The notes under the pieces were generated by a model. That model was not told the DNA's origin and did no database searches. It saw nothing but the letters and a program-made list of their open reading frames with translations. A stretch of 64,000 nt of DNA, from assembly GCF_009914755.1 (NCBI RefSeq), contig NC_060930.1. One strand, 5' to 3'. The position numbers and the translations under genes are program-made. Shown here one piece after another: positions 30,966-47,012 of this stretch (positions are counted from its first letter, which is position 1; each line of letters begins with the position of its first letter). This DNA comes from the human T2T-CHM13v2.0 reference genome, Homo sapiens.

Positions 30966-33196
30966 ATATTCTTTAGAGACTATTTCAGTTTGTAGCTCTT
31001 ACAGAATGAATTGGTCTGTCAGTAGAAAGAGCTACTAAAGTTATCACTGAACTTGGACAACAAAAGGAAAATCAATTTTCTGACCCTACATAGACAAAAT
31101 GTGTGCTTTTAAATATTTCCTTCTAAAATGTGGAATTGCTATAAGCATAAGGGATAAGAAATATCAATTAATAAACCCTATCTTTTTGCTATGATTCCAA
31201 TATGTCTCCCTAGATGCCTAAATCAGAGCGCTAACAAAATAGACATTAAAAATATACCCGGACAAATTCTGAAAAGCAAAGTGTAAAATAATATGCTATC
31301 TTTTTAAAAAAGTGGAATGAAAATAAGAATGTATTCACACATTTGTATTTGCTTCTATATATATAAAGAAACTGGGAAGAAGTATGAGAGGGAAATTTTC
31401 TTCTATGTATTTTTTAAATACATGTTAAAATTTCTGAACCACGTGATTGTATTATCTGGTTTAAAAATTAAAATTATACCACTGTAAAATGACAATTTTA
31501 AAAATCTACCATTAATGTTTCAACATTAAACATAAGTTATTAATAAAAAGAACTATCCCTAATTCATTAAGTGTTTAATATGTATCATTTATATGAGAAC
31601 TGATTTGGTATTCTGTATATTTACCCTCTAGGAATTCACCGCTTCTTTCATTTTTGTGAAGTCCTTATTTATATTTATTTCCCCTTTCTCTGCTACCAAT
31701 ATATCATCATTAGCAATTCCTTTTAGTTGTACAGATATATCTATATCTAGCTGAGACTGATTACAAATTATGCATCTGTAGCTGTTTATTTTGCCAACAA
31801 AATTCAAAAAAAAGTAAATATTTATTTTAAAAACTTGAAAATGATGTTTTGCTTTTTCTTCCTTACACAAAGCAAGCTAAGAATATTTTGCTGTGCTCTA
31901 AAAGATGAACAAGGAAAAAAAAATAAAATAAGGTATATTTTCTTTCTTGGCACTTTGCTATTACAATTCCTTGGAAAATTATATTTTTCAATAAAAGTAA
32001 CACATTTTGAGAAAAGATAGAATGACACTTTTGCAGCCTGCCAGAAAACAGAGCCCTTCTTCAAATGAAGACCTATCAAAATATGCAAGCAAATGTCATG
32101 GAAACAGAAGCTCTCACCATGGTAACATCCTTGCTACAGAGGAAAACCATTCTAATTTGTCATGTACTTCAAGACAAGGCATTAGGCTAATTCCAATTTT
32201 CATTTTACAATCTATCCATAACATTCAATATACCTGGCAGTAGTAAAGATTTAATAAAAATATTAATATTTCAAAAGAATGCAATATTAAAATCAAAGCT
32301 GACTCTAAATTTCTATGCAAACTGATGAATACCAGATACATAAAATCAAGCTGAACCACCTTATAGGAAAATCAAAATAGTGATGAAAACATTAAAAAAC
32401 AATTATATCTCTACTACTTGAAAGTAAATAACTCTAGACTCAATAGAAACAATTATGTTTTACTAACCATAGTAGAGTTAGTGGGTACAACAAGAAAAGC
32501 CATTTTTCTAAATATAAAACAAAAATATTTTCAAGATTTTTATTCTTACTTCAATTATACAATCCACTATTCTGTTTTTATTTCATAGTGATAGATTAAT
32601 GGCATACAATTCTTGTCTAGAAACATAGTTTCTCCAGATGATAAAAGTAAAATCAAAGCTGATTTTTCAAAAGGTTAAAAATTAATGTTATTTCCACATG
32701 TAAAACTGTAATATGCTACATAAATCTACACTAAAATCAACTTATAAAAGCTAGTAAACAAATAAGATTTCATTTTACTACCAACTTTGTAAATTAAACA
32801 ATCTAATAGCTATCATGTAAAAGATTGAATACCTGCATATTAAAATACCAAATCATCACGTTAAAATATTCATTTTTAAGTGACGAATGGCCAAAAATTA
32901 GCAATTCAAAATGGAAGTGTAATCACAGAACTGAAAACCATATAGATAGGAGTCTAATAAAACATAGTTTATTACAGAAGCTGATAATGAGATGGAAAAT
33001 TCAATTTGATAGTGGTTCTTTTTAAAAATGATCATTTCTGTTTGAGGAAAGCTTGAACCTTAAACCTTAGAAAATAGGTTTATACTGAAAACAAACAGAT
33101 AATTTTTTCCTTTTGAAGAAAATACCAAAGTTTTTCTCAAATATTTAAGTATTTTTGTCAAGTATAGGTTACATTTCAAATTTTTTTAAAACACTG

Positions 33197-33547
33197 TGCT
33201 ACAGACTGATGTTTGTGTCCCTTCCAAAACTCCTATGTTTAAATCCTAAGCCCCTAATGTGATGGTATTAGGAGGTGGGACCTTTGGGAGGTGATTAAGT
33301 CAAGAGGACTCTGCCTTCATGAATGAGACTCCTACCCTTAGAAAAGAGACCCAGGAAAGCTCCCTTGCCCCTTCTGCCATGTGGGACACAACATAAGCCA
33401 AGAAGCAGGCCTTCACCACACACCGAATCTGCCAACACCTTGATCTTGGACTTCCCAGCTTCTAGAACTGTGAGAAATAAATTTCTGTTGTTTATAAGCC
33501 ACTCGGTTTATGGTATTTTGTTACAGCACCCCAAACTGACTAATTGA
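33197..33547 (+). mobile_element. MLT1A-type MaLR solo LTR
   Basis: aatgtgatggtattaggaggtgggacctttgggaggtgatta...cttgatcttggacttcccagc..agaactgtgagaaataaa. Confidence 0.88.
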
Positions 33548-33801
33548 CTGTTTATATTATTGTTTATATCACTGTTTGTGAATAATATAATTAAGCCACC
33601 TTTAAATAAAAAACATTAAAGTTATTTTTGAATCAACAGCAAAACACACAGGGAAACCAAAAGGCAAAATATGATAAAGAAAAAAGTAAACTGGCTCCAA
33701 ATCTAATGTTGGTTTCCTGAGAAATGTTGGTTAACCTGAGAACAAGGAGAAAGCACTAGAGATTAAGGAAGATCACTCGATATGGAGAGAAGAAAAGATT
33801 G

Positions 33802-34100
<299 letters not shown>

Positions 34101-34433
34101 GGAGTGAAGAAAAGATTGGAGGGAGGCAAGAATGGATGCTGTAAGACTGGTTAGGATGCCACTGTAGTGGTTCCAGCAAGAGGCAATGAATGACAAACTG
34201 GATTAGAGTAGTAGCAGTGACAATGGAGAAAAAAGGGAATAATTTAAGAGATACTTAAAAGATAAAGAAAGACTTGGAGATGAAGGAAGGGGACAGTGCC
34301 AAAGATGACAGCTAGATTTCTGATTTAAGTAACTGCATTTAGTAACTGAGGTGGAAATGCTGGAAAAGAACCAGTTTGTATGTCTGCTTATTTGATCATT
34401 TCAGAAATAGAGATAGAGTTTGTCTTTGATATG

Positions 34434-34513
34434 CAGATGCTTCTCAACTTACAACGGCATTACTATCCACAGAAAAATCATAAGTCAAACCATCATAAGC
34501 TGGGAACTGTCTG
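34434..34513 (+). mobile_element. Short Tigger-family MITE (MER47C-like)
   Basis: cagatgcttctcaacttacaa...catcataagctgggaactgtctg followed by TA; imperfect terminal inverted repeats. Confidence 0.65.
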
Positions 34514-35560
34514 TATTGTGTTTCTGATGTTTTTGAGAAATTCAAAAGGCAGTATCAGAGTGGGCAAAAAGATAACCAAATTTGGGGCTTACATAGAAAT
34601 CTGAAGTCTGAGTAACATGCTGATAAAAATGAACTAAATTCATAGGTATGGATGAGACTACTAGAAAGAGTAGGGCATGAGAAAGAATGAAATCTGGTGC
34701 ACTGAGCCCCGAGAAACACCAAACTTCAATGGCTGGTAGAAGACGGAAGAGCTCGAAAGGGACCGCAAAGAATGGCAAAAGACTAGGAGGAATCAGGAGC
34801 ATGTGGTGTCACAGATGCCATAAAAGAAAGTATTTCAAGAAAGAGTGAACAGAATATAGACTAATGCTAAATGATCCAGTAAAAAAGGGTGAAAATTATC
34901 TTGATTTTTTAATTAAAGGAGATGACTGGCGACCTTTCAAAAAAGCAGTTGATTCGAACATCATTTACTTAGCAGCTAAAGCCCTTTTTAAAACATAATC
35001 TCATCTACAAGCACAATATATAAAAGTAATATTAGTAAATCAGCAGCACTGCAATGGAAACAGAATGCTGACCTAGTAACCTATCCCTCCATGCAGTCAC
35101 CTAAGGCACTTCACAGAAACCTAGAACATTGGAGTTTATATTTTTGAAACCAGTGAGTGAACTAGATAACCTCTGATGTTCTATAATTCTGTAAATGCAA
35201 GGTAATCTACTTTGTTTGAATCCAGGCTTTCATGATGATTAATGACTGCTCTGTGTCTTACTCAAAATAAGATATTAGTGTACTTCTTTATAAACACAAA
35301 TATCCTAAGTTTTATTTCCTTGATTAAACCACTGATTAACTTTTCCTTCTTATAAAAGTAATAAGTAAACTATGTCCAATTATGAATGTGTTACATGGTT
35401 ATGTCTCTGAAAGTAGAATATTAAATCAAAAGCTAAACAATAAAACTTTCTCCTAAGCTGGTTTTTGGGAGTTTGTTCTCAATAGAATCATCATCTTAAT
35501 ATAGTATTTTTTATCACTATTCTTCAATAACTTGCTAGGATTCAAAGTATCTTCTTTCTT

Positions 35561-36005
35561 GGCCGGGCACGGTGACTTACACCTGTAATCCCAGCACTTT
35601 AGGAGGCTGAGGCGGGTGGATCACCTGAGGCCAGGAGCTCAAGACCAGCCTGGCCAACATGGGGAAACCCCATCGCTACTAAAAATACAAAAAATTAGGC
35701 CGGGTGTGTTAATTACACTCACGCCTGTAATCTCAGCATTTTGGGAGGCCAAGGCCAGTGGATAACGAGGTCAGGAGATGGAGACTATCCTGGCCAACAT
35801 GGTGAAACCCCGTATCTACTAAAACTACAAAAATTAGCTGGGCATGGTGGGGTGTGCCTGTAGTCCCAGCTACTCAGGAGGCTGAGGCAGGAGAATCATT
35901 TGAACCCGGGAGGCGGAGGTTGCAGTGAGCCGAGATTGCACCACTGCACTACAGCCTGGGCGACAAAGCAAGACTCTGTCTCAAATATGTAGATATCTAT
36001 AGATA
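35561..36005 (+). mobile_element. Three-armed Alu (Sx-like left arm plus full AluSc-like)
   Basis: Two left arms then one right arm, all inside one TSD tatcttcttt(c/t)tt. Confidence 0.88.
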
Positions 36006-37407
36006 TATCTTCTTTTTTCAACAGTACTAACATCTTCTACCCTTTATTCAACCTCAATTCACTCATTATAATTAATGTAACACAGCAGAATAAACTTCTT
36101 GCTAAGTTTTAAGTAACTAGCACCAAACACAGTTGGGCCAAGGAGTTTTTTCACAAGTAGATCCACTAGTAATCCTCATCATCTTTTGCCATTCATTTGC
36201 CTTTGGAATATTTCTGTGGTACCAGAGGATGGATAACAGGCTTTGCCTGTGCTTCATCAGGACTTGTTCTCCACTTTATATACACTCACCCTTTCACTCA
36301 ACTATCCCTTTCTTGATTTACTTGAATTGTTGGCTAATAGGAACCAATAGATGCAACACCACACTATAAAAAGTTTCAAAGATTTTAGGATAAATGGTAG
36401 ACTAAACATGTATTTATGCCCGCTTTGATATAAAACCTCACTAAAGGTGAGAGTTACAGAAAACAAGAGGTATCAACAGAAAGGGAAAACAAAAATAGGA
36501 GACTGACAATAGCAGAAAAAAACCCATAGCAATGTAATTTTAAAAGATAGAAAGTACAGAAGTTAACACAGCATACAGCAAAGAAAACCAAATACTAAGT
36601 ACATGCAAAGAAGGACGCCAATGCAAGTCATTCCTGGTGCAGTGCCCCAGAAAGGATTGAGTCATATAAATAACAGGTAACCTAGAAGGCTGCCAGGGGA
36701 TAAAGGTAAGGCATAGGACATAAAACAAGGAGACCAGGGAAAGTCTATAGAAGGACCACTAAACCTCTAGCTTCTCTCCTCCACTGCGGGCAAAAGGCAG
36801 GAGATATGTTTATTCTGTGAAAAAGCTGAAGGCAGAGCTATGGTGGAGAAGATTCAAAACAGAAGAGAAAAACTGAAACTGCAAGGTTAAGTGAAAGTTT
36901 ACCCAAGAGTGGACCCTAGCTCCTTTACCTTCTCTACTCCAAGAATAGTAAGAGCAGGCAAAAGACTGAAGGATTGACCTCCAGACAGGTTAAAAGATTT
37001 TCAGGGAAAATAACTACACGTTATAAAATTTGTATATCCTCCAATTTAAAAATAAAAGAAAAATTTATACACATTTTGACATTATTTTTAAAATGCAGAT
37101 TACCTCTAATATACTATATTACTTTTCTCATAACAATGTATTACTTGCCCTGCACTTAATTATTAAAGCTGAGTTCATCAGAAAGTTTTAGACTTCCCCA
37201 GAAGAAAAATTTTGAAATGTTGGCAAATTTTACTTAAAAAGTTCTTGGCCTGATTAAGGGTCCTAAACTTCTCATTTAGAACTTGCTCTTAATAGGAAGT
37301 CTAAGAAAGAAAGGTAATTTACAAATTTTACAAAGACAGAATCAGAAATTACACTGGGTATTAAGGTCTACAGCTATCCATCGGAAACGTCTTATTAAGC
37401 TATAACT

Positions 37408-37921
37408 TTGGTGGGCTGAAAAATGGCGACCTAGAGATATCAGGAATGCGTTACATTATATGGCAAAAGAGACTTTGGTGGTATGATTAAATTAAGGCCA
37501 TTCAAGGGCAGGGGAGATTATTCTGAATTACCCAGATGAACCCTAAATGCAATCACAAGTACCTTTTTTTTTTTTTTTTTCAATTTTTTTTAAAAAACAA
37601 TTGTCACCAAGGCCTGAGTGCAGTGCCACGATCACAGTTCATTACAGCCTTGACCTCCCAGGCTCAAGCAATCCTCCTACCTCAGCCTCCCAAGTACTAC
37701 AGGTGTGTGCCACCATGCCTGGCTAATTTTTTTCATTCTTTATAGAGATGGGGTCTCACTGTGCTGCCCAGGCTTATCTCAGACTCCTGGGCTCAAGTGA
37801 TCCGCCCACCTCGGCCTCCCAAATTGCTGGGACCTCCAGATCTGTAAGGGAATAAATGTATGTTGTTTTAAGCCATCAAGTGTGTGGTAATGTGTTAAAG
37901 TAGCCATAGGAAACTAATACA
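37408..37921 (+). mobile_element. MLT1C/D MaLR LTR, middle replaced by antisense AluJ (37563-37832)
   Basis: atggcaaaagagacttt...ccctaaatgcaatcacaagt then gacctccaga..aataaa..tagccataggaaactaataca. Confidence 0.8.
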
Positions 37922-37925
37922 GTAA

Positions 37926-38260
<335 letters not shown>

Positions 38261-40004
38261 CAGGATTTCTGTCACATCAAAATACCATAACTATTATTAT
38301 ATTTTTCTTTAAAATAGTTCACTCTAAAAATCTAAAAAATATATATTTTAAATGGAAACTTTATAACAAATGGTACACCATTGATACTATTCGAGAAAAC
38401 GGTATTGCTTACCTTAAATAACCAGTAGTCCTAAAATTAGAAAAGACAGAAATTAATCAATGATACTAAATTCTAGTAGATATGTTGCCTATTGAATAGT
38501 CTAAAAGTGGGCCCACACACTTGTTGAAAAGATCAGCAAGTTTTAGATATTAAAAACTAGAAATAGACTTTCTCCTTATAATCTGAAAGACTGAATAAAA
38601 ACAAGAATGGGACTACATTTCTCATTGTATGATGCAGTGTCATCTGATGCCCTGTCCCTGGACCACCTAAAATCATGTCTCCTCTCACCACTGGAAGCCA
38701 CATCTGTCTATAATCAACTCTCTTCTTACTTCCTCCTTACAAATAAGACCTAGTGCAGGTGAAAAGGAAAATTAAGGTGGTTCCTTTGAATATACAAACA
38801 GCAATCAGAAAAAGGCTATTTGAACTGGTAAAAAGGAAATTGATGACAATGTATAAGCACAAAAGAAGTGAGAAAAATCTTAAGTATTCTTTCTTTTAAA
38901 GTCATAAAGAGAATTTATGAGTAAGAATTATTAGAAAAATGTGTCTTAAACTCTGCTTTCTTTAGCAGAATATCATATAGTGTCTGATAATGTCATTCAA
39001 CTTTATTTTAATAGAAACATATTTCCATTTTTTTAAAGAGGTAGAAAAGTCATAAATCTCTGCATAAGAGCTAAGTACAGGTTTAATCTGGGGCTTTGGC
39101 AAATCAAAAGTCTGAAAGTGGAATACATAAGACCACTCTGGTGATGGTGGCCTAAACTGAGGATAAACTAAAAATAGGAAAAAATCAGCCTTTGCAGGAG
39201 AATCGGAGGTTGAAATTGCAAAACCAAAATAAGGAAAAAATAACAAAGGCTACACAATTCAATATAATGAAATTTTGCATTTGAGAGAGAAAATTGCCTC
39301 CTGCTACCCGAATGGATTTATGCAAAACTGGAGCCTATTCTGGATGGCACCGTTAATATATATTTATACTTAGAATACCCTTTAGAATATTTACCAAAAA
39401 AAATAGTAGGAATGTAAAATAACCACTGAATTAACTAGGATGGGTAGACATGTGATTATGTACCACATCCTTCTTACAGCCAGATGCTGTTTTAGAAATT
39501 AACCATCCAATTAAAGAGCACATCAAAAATATGATGAAAGGTACATATTAGTGATAAAAACTAAGAGAATTAAAGTTGGTAACATGTGCTTTTAAGAAAT
39601 AAAAAACTAGACAGAAAACGATCATGAGAAATTACAATCAGAAATAAAACATTAAGAAACAAAGACTGAAATCATTAAAATTTCATAGAAAATGAAAATG
39701 ATGAACTAGATACTTATAACTAGTATAGTACAGTGCTATGCCATCAATTAAACTGTTACCAAAATAGGTAGTTGTAAAACATGTTTTCTGAAATAAGTTA
39801 TAAATGTAAACTAATCTAGAATCTGTTATAAATAAAATAAATCTGTTCTAATAAAAATAAATTAATACTTTTGGAAGAAGCTGACCATGTCCACTGATGA
39901 ACAAAATGTGACCCTTTCAGAGACATTCCATATATTTTATAATCTTAACAACTTAGGAGATAAAAGATATAAAAGTGAAAAGTCTATTGAAATGATGGTA
40001 GGAT

Positions 40005-40234
40005 GGCCAGGTGTGGTGGCTCATGCCTATAATCCCAGCACTTTGGGAGGCCGAGGTGGGCAAATCACTTGAGGCCAGGAGTTCAAGACTAGCCTGGCCA
40101 ACAAGGTAAAATGCCATTTCTACTAAAGAATCACTTGAACCTGGGAACCATGGGTTGCAGTGAGCCAAGTCTGCGCCACTGCATTCCAGCCTGGGCGACA
40201 GAGAAAGACTCTGTCTCCCCCACCAAAAAAAGAA
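40005..40234 (+). mobile_element. Alu with about 65-bp central deletion
   Basis: ctactaaa joins directly to gaatcacttgaacc. Confidence 0.88.
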
Positions 40235-41007
40235 ATCATGGCAGGAGAAAAAAATCAATAGAATACAGTCATGTAATAGTCATACTATCAAACTTCATAA
40301 GAAGTCTAGTTTATTTTAATTGTCTAACTTGCCATTTAAAACATAAATTATTTTTAGGAAACTAAAATAAAAGAGTTTCTTCTTTTATTAAAAATTCATT
40401 ACTTAGTAAATTTTCACCAGGTTATTGGCAGAAAGAATTTTCAAGTACTGATTTATATCATTTGCACTGATCATCATATGACCATAAGAGAATTTCAAAG
40501 CTAAGCTCTTACAGCCTCTACATTTTACAGATGAAAAACTGGAGAATCAAAAAGATATTCAGTGGTGTCTGTTTGTTTGTTTGTTTAACCAGAGACCACT
40601 CCTAACCCACTGGGAAGTTTCTGAAGAGAATATGCAGAGGACAAAACTCATGTTATTGTTTTAGGGAAGAATGGTGTTTGGATTCTGGACTTGGCAAAGA
40701 AAAGTGAGAATTTAAAGAAAGCCACTGATAAGTTTTTTGAAAGGAAAAAAGATAACAGCATAAATTAGATTACACATATTCCTATGCAGCAAGGAAAATA
40801 AAATACCTATAAATTTAAAAGGTATTTACCTACATTGATAACATAAAAAACTAGTCAAATCTGAAAGACTGGGGAAAACACAAAGATGCATTTTCATTCC
40901 TTTAACAAACAGTTTCTAAGACATACTGGGCTAAACGCTATCCTAGACAATGGAGGTTTAAAAAGAAATAAGGAAGGAAAGGACTAATAACCTCAGATTA
41001 TTTTGCA

Positions 41008-41095
41008 AGGCAAAAATATAACCACAGCCCATAGATTTTTGTGAGGCAAAAATATAACCACAGCCCATAGATTTTGTGAGGCAAAAATATAACCA
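41008..41095. repeat. 35/36-bp minisatellite, about 2.5 copies
   Basis: aggcaaaaatataaccacagcccatagatttt(t)gtg twice plus a partial copy. Confidence 0.93.
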
Positions 41096-41846
41096 AAAGA
41101 GAGCTTGTGAGGGGTAGCTAGAAACAGAAAGGCATCTTTAAAGAGAACCATTTTTGCTTTGAGAATAATCATTTAAGCAATCAGTTTTAGTTCTGAAGCA
41201 ATTTGGCAATTAGTAACAATTTTTCAAGAGAAAAGATAGAAAAAGATATTGCTTTCAGCTTCATGAAAGCAAATCAATCTCCCACAAATCCTATGGAATG
41301 GAGAGCAATGAAGACACAGAGTGTGCACAGGAATCTAAGATCTCATCTCTCTTAGACTGGTGGCCTCAGAATGAGAACAGCTGCTACCAGAGAACTGAAA
41401 AATCTCCATATCAGAGAAGTAGAAGGTACAGGTTGATGATCAGGACCTAGGCTGTCATGGAAGGAAAGATCTAATTCTAGACAAAGGTGTATCACTTCTG
41501 ACCAAGCTGCTATAAAAGTGATGATAGAGGAATAGTTATTTAATGCAAATATGTATGTGTCAATTTTGTTTAAAGAGGTTTAAGATTAAATATTCATGAC
41601 TAAGGTGATACGAAAGAAACCTAGCAACTATCTTTTCAACTCTTTATACCCTAAAATACTACCATCAGACTAACAGGTGTAGCTTAAAAACACCTCTCTT
41701 CAACACTATCAACATAGAGGGCTGAAGGCAGTAAATGCACAAAAAATGGTTTCCATCTACAAACTCAGTAGCATTTCACCGTTACAGAAACTGAAGTCCG
41801 GAATCAAGACCCCTTGAATAGAACACGTTTAATAACTCGAAGCACA

Positions 41847-42159
41847 TAACACAGGAACAGAAAACCAAACACCACATGTTCTCACTTATAAGTGGGAGCT
41901 GAACAATGAGAATATGGACACAGGGAGGGAACATCACACACTGGGGCATGTTGTGGGGGGTTGGGGGCTAGGGAAGGGATAGCATTAGGAGAAATACTGA
42001 ATGTAGATGACGGGTTGATGAGTGCAGGAAACCACCATGGCACGTGTATACCTATGTAACAAACCTGCATGTTCCGCACATGAATCCCAGAACTTAAAAG
42101 TATAATTTTTTAAAAAACAACAACAAAAAAAGCAAACAAACAAACAAAAAACAAGAAAT
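41847..42159 (+). mobile_element. L1PA7/8-like 3' end
   Basis: 3' UTR with gatgacgggttgatg; TSD aa(t/c)aactc(g/a)aagcaca. Confidence 0.9.
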
Positions 42160-42439
42160 AAACAACTCAAAGCACAATTTTAAAAGGGAAGAACATAAAA
42201 ATAAAAAAAGGGACCCTCGCAATACTGCAATGCACTATGATTTGGAAGGGGAAGGAGTGTAGGAGCCTGCCTATTGCATTTGAATAAAGAAATGTAATCT
42301 TATTTTGTTCTGCAAGCTGGAGAAGAAAAATCTATCATTACACAGAGAATTACAATTCAACTGAAGATCACAAATGAATCATGTACAAATGCCATGAGCA
42401 CATACAAGAAATGGGAAACAATAAATCAATATATCTATA

Positions 42440-42733
42440 CCTGCACTATCTACTTACACACATGGCCACTGAGCACTTGAACAGTGGCAAGTCCAAGACA
42501 TGCTGTAAGTGTAAAATTCCCACTGGATTTCAAATACTCAGTACAAAAATAATAATTGTTTTTATATTGAGTAAATGTTGAAATGATAATACTTTTGATA
42601 TAGTCGTTTAAGTAAAATATATTATTAAAATTAATTTTACCACTTTTTTTCTTAATGTGGCAACTAGAAACATTTAAAGTATATATGTGGATCATATTTG
42701 TGTTACATGTTATATTTCTATCAGTCAGTACTG
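42440..42733. mobile_element. MER33-type hAT MITE
   Basis: catggccactgagcacttgaa, tgctgtaagtgtaaaa, aaaatatattattaaaattaatttt motifs. Confidence 0.75.
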
Positions 42734-44577
42734 GTCTCCCCCATATAAGGGTTTCTTCCATAGTATAATTTTACTAGGTCAAAAAACAGGGGTAGACTGG
42801 AAAGATAATACAGATACAAAGAGCAGTTAAGAAGCTACTGAAATAGGCTGAGTATAAAACAATTTGAGCCAAATCTGACATGGTCTTTTTTAAATAAGGA
42901 ATAAATAGCAAGGACAACCCAAAAAGACAAAGTGATGAGCCACTTAACAGACTTCACTGATTGTTTGAAGATTGGTTGTCCCTAGTAGAAATGTATAATA
43001 TGAACGAAGAAATAGAGTACTAGAAGCAAAACAAAAGGCATGGGTTAAAGGTTGATTTAACCAAAACAGCTATAGCCATAAAAAATACACTTTTCTCTAT
43101 GAAGAGAAGGAAAGGGGGATAGAACTACCTTAGAAGACAAGTATAAAGACAGCCATCCAAAAGGTGGAAGAGGCTGAGAAAGCCAGTGTCTTAGGAAGCT
43201 TATTACAAATACAGAATTTGAGTACAACTACTCTCTCCTTTTTAGTTCTATTGTCTAATATTGCTATCAGTTATAACTTACGAGATAAAGTTTTTAAAAA
43301 TACAAAATTGAATATGTAAACTAAGAGTAGATCTAAAACTTCTGGAAATTTCTGACATTTAGACAGGTAGTCCTGAGCTACGGTTTATTGCACCTTTTCC
43401 CTAATTCTCTAGTATATATAAGAAGATGATTTAATATTGCAAACACATTAATTTTCTCCAAATTAATCTAAATTCAAAGGCACTCCAATTAAACTCCTAA
43501 TAAAAATTGCTGGGTAACATGACATACAGATTCTGAAACTTACGTGTTAAACAAAATGTCTGCAAATATTTAAGAACGTCCTGGCAAACAGGGAGGCTTG
43601 ATTTATTACGAGATAATCAAGATTATACCAAGTTGCACAGAACTACACAAACACAATAAAAAATTTGGGGCTAAGTCAGAGCCATAAAATTGTAGAACAG
43701 ATTAGAGACCACTGAAAATAACATGTTCAGTTTACAGCTGAAACAAAAGCTCCATAAGTATAAGGACCAGTTTGTACAGCATTAGGTTTTCAAGATCACT
43801 CAAATCAAAAAAGCAGAAAAGATAAAGTCAAAAAAGTAGGGAAATCTATCAGAGAAGAAAGGTAAAAGGGATTTCCTGGATGAAATAGTGAAAAGAAACT
43901 CTAAGAAGAAAAGGCTATGCAGCAGGACTAAAGAATGGAAGGCTTCAGAAAGAATGCCTTCAAATGAAAAATGGACCTTATATATTTGACTGCATTGATA
44001 AAAAGTAAACAGTTCTTTTGGAGAGTTTAAAGAAAGAAATATTAATAATTATAATAACCAAAAATATTCCTAATGCTAGATGACAAGACTTTTCTAAAAA
44101 AAGAAAATACAATTGTATACTATTTGACCCAGATAGGAACAATATTTATGTCACCATAAAAATATAAAAATTGAATATTAATTTGACCAAATATGTGATG
44201 TAATTACAATAGAATGACAGAAGGAGAAAGGGGTGTGGAGGGGGTTAGTGGAATTAGAGGGCTCAATCCTATTCTTCCACAGTACAAAGTAAGCAGATTA
44301 TGTATAAAATACAAAACCAAAAAAGAACAGCATAGACTGTGTAGAACTGTAGAAGCAAAAGCCAAAAAAAAAAAAAAAAAAAAGAGGAAAATAATTGCCT
44401 CCTAGGAGTAGTACTCAGAGTGCAGAAAAAGGTAAGAGACTGTTTGGTAAGAGACTGTTCTATTTTTCAGCACAAATCACTCATTTAATTGGTTTTTTTA
44501 AATCATGGATAGGCATTACCATGGATTATGTGCAACTTACATAATTTTTTCAACAATAAAAAATATTACCTTCATTA

Positions 44578-46151
<1,574 letters not shown>

Positions 46152-46600
46152 TTACTAGAAAGGGAACGGAATGACAAATCAACTGCCTATACTAGACATC
46201 CAAGAAAGAGACTCACTTATTTGTCAGGCCATTTTTCCTACATATGCCATATATGTACAGATCTGAACCATGAGTTTCACACACTGAAATTTTCTGAATT
46301 TATTGTTATATTTAGACTTTGCTTCTTTCAGTCTAGGGAGACTGGAATATATTAGAACTAAAAGATTCAACTTTAATTTTCCTAAAATAGTATTTTCTTC
46401 CATTTCCGTCCCTAACCTCTAGTGCTCCTCCATGTCCTCCTCCCTCTCCTCCTCCCTTAACCACAGAAGATATTTCTGTTCTTTGTTTGGCAAGGGGGGC
46501 TAGAAGACAGACAGATGCCAATCACATATCACATTGTCTCTAAATTTGCATTTTAGCAGAGATTTATTACACACGTAAAGATATAATGCTTTACATGCAT

Positions 46601-46824
46601 AGGTTGAATATGCCTTCTCTGAAATGCTTAGGACCAGAAGTGGTTTGGATTCTGATTTTTTTCAGATTGGGGAATATCTGCATTATATATACTTAACAGT
46701 TGAGCATCCCTAATACAAAAATCCAAAATGCTCCAACGAGCATTTCCTTTGAGCATCATGCTGGTGCTCAAAACATTATAAATTTTATAGCATATCAGTC
46801 TTTGAATTAGAGATACTCAACCTG
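46601..46824. mobile_element. Tigger4a/MER46A-type MITE
   Basis: aggttgaatat...cagttgagcatccctaat..aaaatgctccaa...gatactcaacctg followed by TA. Confidence 0.82.
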
Positions 46825-47012
46825 TACAGTATTTAATACACTGTGTTCAAATTATTAGTTCCCTTTCTTTGACCCCAGGCACCCAGTCTGATGTCTCCAT
46901 ATATAAATTCTCAACTAGCTTATACTCTAATTACTAAAAGAAGAGTTGGTGAAGAAAAAAAGCAGCATATGATGAGGTGGTTGCACATGAAATAAACTCT
47001 TTCCTATAGAGT

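Noticed and set aside
36284-36380. Minus-strand 74-nt pseudo-exon with AGG|gtgagt donor
   Set aside because: Frameshifting, moderate acceptor and no supporting context; such pairs arise by chance in long introns.
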